Assembly (NCBI GenBank): GCA_016841825.1
Contig: JAENYK010000013.1
Coordinates: forward strand, 6,739-70,738
Length of the DNA: 64,000 nt
Direction: 5' to 3'
Source of the DNA: Halothermothrix sp.
Lineage (GTDB): Bacteria; Bacillota; Halanaerobiia; DY22613
Below, piece by piece: positions 10,444 to 18,130 of the stretch (positions are counted from its first letter, which is position 1; each line of letters opens with the position of its first letter). A program made the position numbers and the translations under genes. The notes under the pieces were generated by a model. The model saw only the letters and a program-made list of their open reading frames with translations, made no database searches and had not been told where the DNA came from.

Positions 10444-10693
10444 AATTATCCCTCCTTTCATCCCTCAACTAGAATTAAAGCTAAACAGAATGTTCATAAA
10501 CCTCAACTAGCAGACAGGAAATTAAAATATTTAAGATAAATAATGTCACTATATATTAATTCGCTATTTGTTATAATTTACCTTCTTTTATGTTTTATTC
10601 TTTTTCATTTTTTTGGTTTTTTCGCCAATAATCAAAGATAAATTCCATACTTCATCTTTACTTGTCGATTACTCTTAAAAAAATTCCATAAAG

Positions 10694-10726
10694 AAAAGGT
10701 TCAAAATTTACATTTTTGAACCTTTT
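10694..10726 (-). terminator. Hairpin terminator downstream of peptide gene P1
   Basis: 13-bp perfect stem AAAAGGTTCAAAA/TTTTGAACCTTTT, followed by CTTTAT on the minus strand. Confidence 0.5.
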
Positions 10727-10796
10727 CTCTGTATATATAAAATTATAAATGGTGTTAAAATACAACCACTAAGGAAGTAGGGTAGGAGAATCTAGA

Positions 10797-10889
10797 TTAT
10801 ACTGGACAACAATATGCTTTAATAGGTGGATTATCTATACTGATTCTATCGTAGGAATATTCTTCAAGATTCCACAGTTGATCTAACAT
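10797..10889 (-). CDS. Small precursor-like peptide P1 (30 aa): MLDQLWNLEEYSYDRISIDNPPIKAYCCPV
   Basis: Hand-translated. ATG 7 nt after GGAGGTGA. One of four paralogs next to radical SAM/SPASM genes. Below the ORF-track size cutoff. Confidence 0.75.
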   Translation of the reverse strand: MLDQLWNLEEYSYDRISIDNPPIKAYCCPV

Positions 10890-11070
10890 AATTTCACCTC
10901 CTAACAAAATTTATTATATTTCAGGATCAAGTTATCCTGTTAAACCCTGCTATTGAGAATTGAAACAGATAGTGGATGACGTCAACAATATTAAAATATG
11001 TAGCTATGCAGACTATATTTAATCAATAGTTACAGTTTTAAAAGAGAAAGCAGGGATAGGGCTCTTCACA

Positions 11071-11163
11071 TTATACTGGGCAGCAATAAATCTTTGCGGG
11101 TGGCTCTTCTGGATTAATGATCTCATAGGAGTATTGGTCCAGGTTCCAAAGTTTATCTAACAT
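11071..11163 (-). CDS. Small precursor-like peptide P2 (30 aa): MLDKLWNLDQYSYEIINPEEPPAKIYCCPV
   Basis: Hand-translated. GGAGGGAGGTGA RBS. Paralog of P1, P3 and P4, with synonymous codon differences in the conserved N-terminus. Confidence 0.75.
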   Translation of the reverse strand: MLDKLWNLDQYSYEIINPEEPPAKIYCCPV

Positions 11164-11179
11164 TGTCTCACCTCCCTCC

Positions 11180-11208
11180 AATATTTCGAAATTCTAATAG
11201 ACTTTCAA
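11180..11208 (-). promoter_or_regulatory. Candidate sigma-A promoter in front of P2
   Basis: Minus strand reads TTGAAA-17 nt-AATATT, ending about 15 nt before the P2 RBS. Confidence 0.3.
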
Positions 11209-11251
11209 TCAAAAACATCTGAACGCTCTCCTATCCCTACTCCAAAAATAA

Positions 11252-11349
11252 CAACCAACAAAAAGTTTGTTAGTATAGGCAAAAAACATCTATAGGTAAT
11301 CTTTTATCTGTATATGCAATTTGCCTATACAGTTACTTTTTGTTGGTTG
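11252..11349. repeat. 98-nt compound inverted repeat (15-bp and 11-bp perfect stems) between the rSAM gene and P2
   Basis: CAACCAACAAAAAGT (11252-11266) pairs with ACTTTTTGTTGGTTG (11335-11349). The nested GTATAGGCAAA (11273-11283) pairs with TTTGCCTATAC (11320-11330). Confidence 0.7.
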
Positions 11350-11355
11350 ACTTGC

Positions 11356-12402
11356 CTATTTTGAATTTATGTTCAGACCATTTTCGACCTCATATTTGAA
11401 TAAACATAACGGATTTTCATAAAAAGTACCTGTGAGGGAAACAGCCATTGATGAACATCCAGCTCTACAGAGATCATTATACTTACACTCTGCACAGAAG
11501 CCAGTCAATTTGTCCACTGTCCGCTGGCGATAGTGAGTAAATTTAGTAGGGTCATTCCAGATATCTGCAAAAGACCGTTCCCGAATATTACCTTCAACAC
11601 ATTCATCACAGCCGATTACTGATAGGCAACCTCGAATATTGCCACTGGCTTCAACACCTACAACTTGCCGACCTGCTGAACATCCGGTAAAAGGATGATC
11701 CCGCAAATAAGGCTCAAAAGAAGTAAAGTACCCAACATTATCCCCAGTAAGAATTTTAAAACCTGGTTCTTCCCGTCTAAATTTCGCGATATATTTAGCT
11801 AACTTATATATTCCTGCTACTCCCATGCTCAACTTTTCATTTTTAAAAGCATTACCCACATCTTCGACAATCTGAACTTGCCAGGCACGAATATCTAGGC
11901 TTTTAATAAATTCATAAATTTCGGGAATTTGATCAAGATTTACCGCTGAAACTGCAGTAATAACGGCAATATTCAAACCTTCTTTTTTGGCTAATTTTAA
12001 ATGCTCAACAGCACGGTTAAAAATATTAGGTACCCCTCTAAGATAATCATGGGTTTCACCCAGCCCGTCAATACTAATTCCAAGTTTTTTGATACCAGCA
12101 GCTTTCATTTTTTGAATATTCTTCTCATTCATTAATAAGCCATTGGTCAAAGGGGCGACAATAACGCCATTCTCACTCAATCGTTTACTTACCTGCTCCC
12201 AGTGTGGGCTTAAGAAAAACTCTCCTCCCATTAGGGTCAGATGATAACAACCTGCTTCACTCAATTGATCACATACATGTAACGCTTCATCTAAACTCAA
12301 CTCATTTTCCCGGCACTCACCAGACTGAGAACCACAATGCAGACATTTAGCATTACAGGCATTTGTCAGTTCCCAGGCAGCATAACGTGGGACATAATTC
12401 AT
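11356..12402 (-). CDS. Radical SAM/SPASM-domain peptide-modifying enzyme (PqqE-like architecture)
   Basis: WELTNACNAKCLHCG (CX3CX2C). C-terminal SPASM Cys pattern GCSAGRQVVGVEASGNIRGC...CAECKYNDLCRAGC. ATG at 12402 after AAAGGAGGAAA (track start is 12444). Confidence 0.85.
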   Translation of the reverse strand: MNYVPRYAAWELTNACNAKCLHCGSQSGECRENELSLDEALHVCDQLSEAGCYHLTLMGGEFFLSPHWEQVSKRLSENGVIVAPLTNGLLMNEKNIQKMKAAGIKKLGISIDGLGETHDYLRGVPNIFNRAVEHLKLAKKEGLNIAVITAVSAVNLDQIPEIYEFIKSLDIRAWQVQIVEDVGNAFKNEKLSMGVAGIYKLAKYIAKFRREEPGFKILTGDNVGYFTSFEPYLRDHPFTGCSAGRQVVGVEASGNIRGCLSVIGCDECVEGNIRERSFADIWNDPTKFTHYRQRTVDKLTGFCAECKYNDLCRAGCSSMAVSLTGTFYENPLCLFKYEVENGLNINSK

Positions 12403-12461
12403 ATATCTTTCCTCCTTTTTAAAAGAAGTGGAGAAGAGTTTCACTGATTTTTCATAGGTTA

Positions 12462-12554
12462 TTACATTTCAGCTGGTGCACAGTACACTTTAATTGGAGC
12501 TATTTCAAATTGATCCCAGGCATATTGTTCCAGATCCCAAAGTTTATCTAGCAT
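12462..12554 (-). CDS. Small precursor-like peptide P3 (30 aa): MLDKLWDLEQYAWDQFEIAPIKVYCAPAEM
   Basis: Hand-translated. GGGAGGTGA RBS. Paralog of P1, P2 and P4. Confidence 0.75.
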   Translation of the reverse strand: MLDKLWDLEQYAWDQFEIAPIKVYCAPAEM

Positions 12555-12591
12555 AGTTTCACCTCCCAGATATATCTTTGATTAATCTTTT

Positions 12592-12678
12592 TTAGAAATC
12601 AGGTGTACAGTATAATTTTATAGGTGGAATTAATACCTCCCATGAATACTCTTCTAAGTTCCAAAGATTATCTAACAT
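12592..12678 (-). CDS. Small precursor-like peptide P4 (28 aa): MLDNLWNLEEYSWEVLIPPIKLYCTPDF
   Basis: Hand-translated. AAGGTGGTGA RBS. Paralog of P1-P3. Confidence 0.75.
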   Translation of the reverse strand: MLDNLWNLEEYSWEVLIPPIKLYCTPDF

Positions 12679-12752
12679 ACTATCACCACCTTTCACACAA
12701 AATGTAGCCAACAGTCTTATCAAATCTCTAGTACCCTTCTCCACTTCAAAAT

Positions 12753-14066
12753 TTAGGCCAGCTTACTTTTTGACAGATAGTATAATTCGATAATTCCATC
12801 CAGATCTGTTGCCTCCAAAGAACATGGATTTTTACCCACAATTCGATTATACCTACAACCACCCTGGCACATTGGTAAAAACTTGCAATGGGCACATTTT
12901 TCATCATCACCCGGTGTATAAGTTAACCATTTGGCCATGGTGTAGCTATCAATGATAATATTACCATCTTCTAATAAGTGACCCACAGTCTTACCATTTT
13001 CGAACTCTACTGTACATCTATATAGATCACCAGAAGGATGAACGATAAAATAGTTCTTTGAACCACTATTACAATGATGGTCTCGAATCTTCAGTGCCGG
13101 AATAAACACTTCAAAACCTTCTTGAAGACTATGAGTATATAAATCTTTCATTATTTGATAACTTTTAATTCGATTATTGGTTATCTCTTCTTCGATTCCT
13201 TTGTTCCCCTCTGGATCGGAAAAGATATCTTTATAGGCGAGCATCAGTTGAGGAGTGCGATATTTTTGGGGAATCATTTTAAGAAATTTAGGTATGGATG
13301 AATAATTTTCTTTATCCACATTGATTCTCAGAGCCACCTGGGCCTTAGTTCTGTCCAAAAGTCTAAAAACATTTTTAAGAATAACATCAAAAGATTCACT
13401 TCCATCTTTTAAAGGGCGGTATCTATTGTGATACTCCGGTGGACCATCAATCGTAATTTGAAAATTAGTCAGACGTAGATCATCAACTTTACTCAAGATC
13501 TCATCAGTAAGAAGATAGCCATTAGTGGTAATATCACTGTGGAAGAAGCAACCAGATTGAGCACAGGCAGCTTTGGCATGACTATTGATATTTTCAACAA
13601 TAGAAAAGTCCATCAGAGGTTCTCCGCCAAACCAGGTCAGCTGTAATCTGCGTGCCATTCTGGAAATCTTATTAATCCAGCTGATAAGTCCCTTCTGCAG
13701 TTCTTCACTCATATAACCAGTATCTCTGGATTCATAGCAGTATTTACAGGCAAAATTACAGTCTAATGTAGGCATGATCACCAGATTGTAAAACAAACTG
13801 TCATACCTGGAAGAAAGATTTCTAATGCGAATCATATCTAATTCATTAACATCCTCCGGAATGAGATACATCTCTTGAACCAACTCTTTTTTTAATTTTT
13901 GCTGATCTTCTGCAAGATCAGTGTTACAATGATCCATGACATAGATGTATTTTTCGAAGTCTGTGTCAGGTACTTCGATCATCTTTCCTGTGAAAAAATT
14001 AAACAAGACCTGTTTGCCGTTCTGAAGACTGGCCCAATGGTTGTAAAAAGATGGTTTTAGTTTCAT
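12753..14066 (-). CDS. Radical SAM/SPASM peptide maturase (anaerobic sulfatase-maturase/sactipeptide-ranthipeptide synthase-like)
   Basis: MPTLDCNFACKYCYE (CX3CX2C). C-terminal HCNSGSKNYFIVHPSGDLYRC...CAHCKFLPMCQGGC SPASM pattern. The N-terminal roughly 90 aa resemble a peptide-binding (RRE-like) extension. Confidence 0.85.
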   Translation of the reverse strand: MKLKPSFYNHWASLQNGKQVLFNFFTGKMIEVPDTDFEKYIYVMDHCNTDLAEDQQKLKKELVQEMYLIPEDVNELDMIRIRNLSSRYDSLFYNLVIMPTLDCNFACKYCYESRDTGYMSEELQKGLISWINKISRMARRLQLTWFGGEPLMDFSIVENINSHAKAACAQSGCFFHSDITTNGYLLTDEILSKVDDLRLTNFQITIDGPPEYHNRYRPLKDGSESFDVILKNVFRLLDRTKAQVALRINVDKENYSSIPKFLKMIPQKYRTPQLMLAYKDIFSDPEGNKGIEEEITNNRIKSYQIMKDLYTHSLQEGFEVFIPALKIRDHHCNSGSKNYFIVHPSGDLYRCTVEFENGKTVGHLLEDGNIIIDSYTMAKWLTYTPGDDEKCAHCKFLPMCQGGCRYNRIVGKNPCSLEATDLDGIIELYYLSKSKLA

Positions 14067-14200
14067 AGTTACCTCCTTAAGATTAAGTCTTTGCTCTAAT
14101 TAGCTATTGGTAAAATGGTTATAAAATTTTTTAAATCCAAAGTTATCAGTCTTTGTTTTATAATTAAATATTGACTAAAATTTGTTATTTTACATAGTTA

Positions 14201-14229
14201 ATTATATCATATCCTACATTTACATGCAA
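14201..14229 (-). promoter_or_regulatory. Candidate promoter of RiPP locus 1 (extended -10)
   Basis: Minus strand reads TTGCAT-17 nt (ending in TGA)-TATAAT, i.e. TGATATAAT, about 130 nt upstream of the rSAM start at 14066. Confidence 0.4.
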
Positions 14230-14377
14230 TTATCTCCTGCTTCTTTTTCATATTTTTTTATAAATATTTTTATTTACGAAATAATCACTGAAGAGTTTTA
14301 CTTTAAAATGGGAATAACCGAAGAAAAATTAAACTGTTTGTTATGCTCAATCAAAAATTAAAAAGTAATTTTTCGAA

Positions 14378-14406
14378 AGACTAATATAAACAACCTATGA
14401 TATAAT
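14378..14406 (+). promoter_or_regulatory. Candidate promoter of the Ada/AraC regulator gene (extended -10)
   Basis: TGATATAAT at 14398-14406 with a weak -35, about 20 nt upstream of the regulator ORF. Confidence 0.3.
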
Positions 14407-14424
14407 GAAATTAAATCGCTAACA

Positions 14425-14991
14425 ATGGAGGAGATGAACTCTATGAACCAGGATAGGTGGACTGCAGTCAAAGACAATGACTCCACAGCAGACGGTACAT
14501 TTTACTATGGTGTCAAAACTACCGCAATATTTTGTCTACCATCTTGCAAATCTAAATTACCCTTAAAAAAGAATGTTCTCTTCTTCGATTCTTATGAACA
14601 GGCTATCCATAGTGGTTTTCGGCCCTGTAAAAGATGTCGGCCAGATTTATATCCCGATAATACCCCTAATCAACAACTTCTGACCAGAATCAAAGATTTT
14701 TTAGATGAAAACTATACTCTCCCCCAATGCGTTAATGGATTGACAGAACGTTTTGGAATAAGTAGTTCCCATCTTGTACGAATTTTTAAGAATAAATTTG
14801 GCTTAACTCCAAATGAACTTGTTCGAACTAATAGGGTTAAATTAGCAGAACGACTGCTTTTGTCTTCGCAACTCAAAACTATTGATATTGCTTTACGTTG
14901 TGGTTTTTCAAGCTACACAACTTTCTTTACTAATTTCAAAAAAACAACTGGAATGACGCCAGGGAAATATCGAAAAGGAGGCAATTTATGA
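14425..14991 (+). CDS. Ada-type Zn-binding domain / AraC-family HTH transcriptional regulator
   Basis: N-terminal FYYGVKTTAIFCLPSCKSK...FRPCKRCRP (Ada Cys4 Zn site). C-terminal AraC-type double HTH (GISSSHLVRIFK..., CGFSSYTTFFTNFKK). The true start may be an internal ATG at 14434 or 14443, after GGAGGAG. Confidence 0.8.
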   Translation: MEEMNSMNQDRWTAVKDNDSTADGTFYYGVKTTAIFCLPSCKSKLPLKKNVLFFDSYEQAIHSGFRPCKRCRPDLYPDNTPNQQLLTRIKDFLDENYTLPQCVNGLTERFGISSSHLVRIFKNKFGLTPNELVRTNRVKLAERLLLSSQLKTIDIALRCGFSSYTTFFTNFKKTTGMTPGKYRKGGNL

Positions 14992-15641
14992 AAAAACTAT
15001 TTGCGCCGGGATGTGCCTTAACTATCTATAAGCCATATCTTGCAGAAAAGTTACACCAATTACTAGATGCCAGGCTGGGGAACATCGAAAGGCTCGATAT
15101 CTGTTGTAGAAATCACCCTTTATTGGAAGACGGTACTGAGGTAATTAATATCTGTCCAGGCTGTGATCGACGATATCGGGAGAATTACACTAACTCCTCT
15201 ACCGTTTCTCTCTGGGAAGTTCTCGCAGCTAATGATTTTCTCCCACTTCCCGATTATCAGGGGCAAAAGATGTCCATTATTGATGCCTGTCCAACCCGTA
15301 GTCAAGTAAGGGTTCATAAGGCTATCAGAATATTACTTGACAAAATGAACATCGAGTTGATGGAACCAGAAAAAACAGGTACAAAAAGCTCTTGCTGTGG
15401 TGATAGTTTTTGGAGTGTACTACCCACTGAACAGGTCAAAGAAAAAATGATTGAACGGGCAGCAGAAATGCCAGTAGATGATGTAGTAGTTTACTGCGTA
15501 TCCTGCAGTAAATCTCTATTCATTGGTGGGAAAAAACCTCATTACATGATTGACCTTTTATTTGGAGAAGAGACCATTCCTAAAACCTATGAACCTGACG
15601 AATGGCACCGGGAGGTTGATGAATTTATTGCTGCCCACTAA
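14988..15641 (+). CDS. Cysteine-rich CCG-domain protein (HdrB/GlpC/LutA-like Fe-S protein)
   Basis: Two Cys-rich halves: PGC...DICC...CPGC and DACP...SCCGD...YCVSC (CCG...CxxC signature). ATGA overlap with the regulator stop. Confidence 0.55.
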   Translation: MKKLFAPGCALTIYKPYLAEKLHQLLDARLGNIERLDICCRNHPLLEDGTEVINICPGCDRRYRENYTNSSTVSLWEVLAANDFLPLPDYQGQKMSIIDACPTRSQVRVHKAIRILLDKMNIELMEPEKTGTKSSCCGDSFWSVLPTEQVKEKMIERAAEMPVDDVVVYCVSCSKSLFIGGKKPHYMIDLLFGEETIPKTYEPDEWHREVDEFIAAH

Positions 15642-15665
15642 CTCACCTACTACTATAATTTTAAA

Positions 15666-15702
15666 AGTCGTAATTAGGACTATTGCCCTCCTAATTACGA
15701 CT
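15666..15702. terminator. Bidirectional terminator hairpin between convergent genes
   Basis: 13-bp perfect stem AGTCGTAATTAGG/CCTAATTACGACT, between the end of the CCG gene (+) and the end of the big operon (-). Confidence 0.55.
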
Positions 15703-15740
15703 TCTTAAGTCTACCAAACAAAACAGCAGAGTTTCCTCTA

Positions 15741-17204
15741 CTATTCAGATAATTCTGAGTTACCAATTCGATTTTTTAACATTAACCCCAGAACCAGGCG
15801 TTGAATCTTCTCTCTTTCAAAAATCAGTTTGTTAAAAGCATAGTCTAGAACCGTCCGATTTCTGGCACAACGATTTGTTTTATTTAACTTAATCCGATAA
15901 TCCCCTTCTTGACCATAATGTAAGACTGGACAGATACCACAGAAAGGCTTATAAGCGCATGAATCACAATAATACCCTTCCAAAATGGATCTCTTAATCA
16001 GATTTTTTGATTGCTCTCTCCGGATCAAATCGAGATAATTATCCCTAAATACATTTCCCACGATAAAATCTTCCATAACTCTAGCTTCATCACAACAATA
16101 AATGTCACCATTGTAGTTATAAACAATCTGTCCACGAATCATTCCACAGGGACTTCCCAAATCCAGAAAACCTGTGTCTGTTCCATGAAGTATATTCTTT
16201 AAGATTAAATGAAGATATCGATCCACAATGACTGTGCCTTCGTCTAACAATTCGAACATGTAGTTTACAGATTTTGTCCAGAATTCTACAAATTCTTCCA
16301 TAGTATAACCTATTTCATCCCAGACATCTACTGCATATCCCAAATAATCCAATGGTTTAACCTGTAAAGTTCGTTGACCCCATTTTACATATTCATCAAC
16401 AATCTCTTTCCAATATGGCAATGAGTATCTGGTAGTAACCATCAATAAGCCTACATGAATTCCTCTTTCATTACATCGTCTGACCCATTTGGTAACCTGA
16501 TCATAAGTTCCGGAATTACTATGGACATACAGACGATTTTTATCATGTACCTCTTTTGGACCATCTAATGAACTGGTTAGCATAAATTTATCTTTTCTGG
16601 CGGCTAAATAATCCAGAAATTCTTCATCCATCGCCAATAAATTTGTTACCAAAGCAAGTTTATATTCTTTGTTGTACTGCTGACTTAACTTTTCTGCATA
16701 CTCAAAGGTCAACTTGACCATTGGTTTATTTAATAGTGGCTCCCCACCTTGAAACTCAATCAATATCTTCTTCTTTGGTGATTGAAAGATAAACTCTAAT
16801 GTACGCAGCAAAGTCCGTTCATCCATGTCATATTGATTACCTTCTGTAATTGCAGCCGCTTCTGAATGGCAGTAAACACAGCGTAAATTACACCGTATTG
16901 TTGGAACAATAATGTGCAGAGCTGCACCAGTTTGAATATGTTTATATCTTTTATAATATCCTTCAATAATCTGTTCATAATTATCAACTGTGATGATAAT
17001 TCCCCGATTAATCAGATCTGGATACAGTTGTGAATCTATCTTTCCTGCCAAAAAATTATCATATGCCTCCACACTCAACGAAACCCAGGTTCCGTGATCG
17101 GTTGTCAATAAAACTTTGTCTTTTATCCTTTTTGGACGATAGAAATTTACTATATGACCGCCATTTTCCTCTAATTTTTTTTGAATATAATCCATCTCCA
17201 TCAT
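15741..17204 (-). CDS. Radical SAM/SPASM peptide maturase, paralog of 23093..24541 (HxsB-like)
   Basis: VPTIRCNLRCVYCHS. SPASM tail GSPCGMIRGQIVYNYNGDIYCCDE...CDSCAYKPFCGICPV. About two-thirds identical by eye to the 482-aa paralog. Confidence 0.85.
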   Translation of the reverse strand: MMEMDYIQKKLEENGGHIVNFYRPKRIKDKVLLTTDHGTWVSLSVEAYDNFLAGKIDSQLYPDLINRGIIITVDNYEQIIEGYYKRYKHIQTGAALHIIVPTIRCNLRCVYCHSEAAAITEGNQYDMDERTLLRTLEFIFQSPKKKILIEFQGGEPLLNKPMVKLTFEYAEKLSQQYNKEYKLALVTNLLAMDEEFLDYLAARKDKFMLTSSLDGPKEVHDKNRLYVHSNSGTYDQVTKWVRRCNERGIHVGLLMVTTRYSLPYWKEIVDEYVKWGQRTLQVKPLDYLGYAVDVWDEIGYTMEEFVEFWTKSVNYMFELLDEGTVIVDRYLHLILKNILHGTDTGFLDLGSPCGMIRGQIVYNYNGDIYCCDEARVMEDFIVGNVFRDNYLDLIRREQSKNLIKRSILEGYYCDSCAYKPFCGICPVLHYGQEGDYRIKLNKTNRCARNRTVLDYAFNKLIFEREKIQRLVLGLMLKNRIGNSELSE

Positions 17205-17221
17205 CTGTTATTCCCCCAAAA

Positions 17222-18130
17222 TTATTCATTTGTTAAACGCATACATGGATTTTCCCAAGTTATAACACTCTCTTCACACTCACTCATCGACTTTCGAAAA
17301 TCTGCTAACTGTCTATTATCCTGGATAATCTGCTTAAAATTATTGTTCAAAAGATTTCCCAGCGTGAACTTATCCTGATCAAAATATGGGCAAGGTAACA
17401 GCGTGCCGTCACATCTAACAACAAAAGTCTCCTTACCGGCATTACATTTTAGGTTCCCAACCTGACCATTTTCGATAAATTCACGAAAAGAATGTAACCA
17501 ATAAAAACTACAATCATACACGAAACGGATATACTTTTTATAATGATCAATAACCTTAAACAATTGGTAATAGTCAACAAAATCTAAAGCTTCCTGTCTG
17601 TACCATTTTAGATTTTTACTCATTTTGGGTGGTATAAGATATATGAGAGTGAAACCATTCTGGGCAAGAAAAAGAAATGAGTCAATCATATCCTGCAAAA
17701 AAGTTTTTCCCGTGATAATGTTAACACCTATCTTGATCTGCAGATTATTCTCCTTAGCATAGGTACAAAGGTCACTATATCTCTGAACTTCGTTGATGCA
17801 GATAGTAGAGCCCAAACTGATATAAACTTCATTCAAACCAGAATTATTTAACTCAACTAATCGCTCTTTATCTAATAAAATTCCGTTAGTTGCCAACTGA
17901 GTCTTAAAACCCTTAAGATGAGCCTGCTGAATTATCTGGTTCAAATCATCTCGTAAAAGTGGCTCACCTCCTGAAAGTTTTAAATACCGGAAATCATTAT
18001 CTTGTAAATCAAGCAGAATCTGATCAATCTCTGCAACGCTCATCAATCTTCGAGGTTTATCATGCTCATAACAGAAAGTACAGTTGGAATTACATTCCTG
18101 ATTTACCTTCAGATTAACACCTTTACCCAT
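17222..18130 (-). CDS. Radical SAM enzyme with short SPASM/twitch-type C-terminal Cys cluster
   Basis: VNQECNSNCTFCYE (CX3CX2C), GGEPLL, and C-terminal CNAGKETFVVRCDGTLLPCPYF. Confidence 0.8.
   Translation of the reverse strand: MGKGVNLKVNQECNSNCTFCYEHDKPRRLMSVAEIDQILLDLQDNDFRYLKLSGGEPLLRDDLNQIIQQAHLKGFKTQLATNGILLDKERLVELNNSGLNEVYISLGSTICINEVQRYSDLCTYAKENNLQIKIGVNIITGKTFLQDMIDSFLFLAQNGFTLIYLIPPKMSKNLKWYRQEALDFVDYYQLFKVIDHYKKYIRFVYDCSFYWLHSFREFIENGQVGNLKCNAGKETFVVRCDGTLLPCPYFDQDKFTLGNLLNNNFKQIIQDNRQLADFRKSMSECEESVITWENPCMRLTNE

Noticed and set aside
16011-17378. Small ORFs on both strands inside or bridging the 487-aa and 302-aa rSAM genes
   Set aside because: They overlap well-supported coding frames and carry no independent signals.
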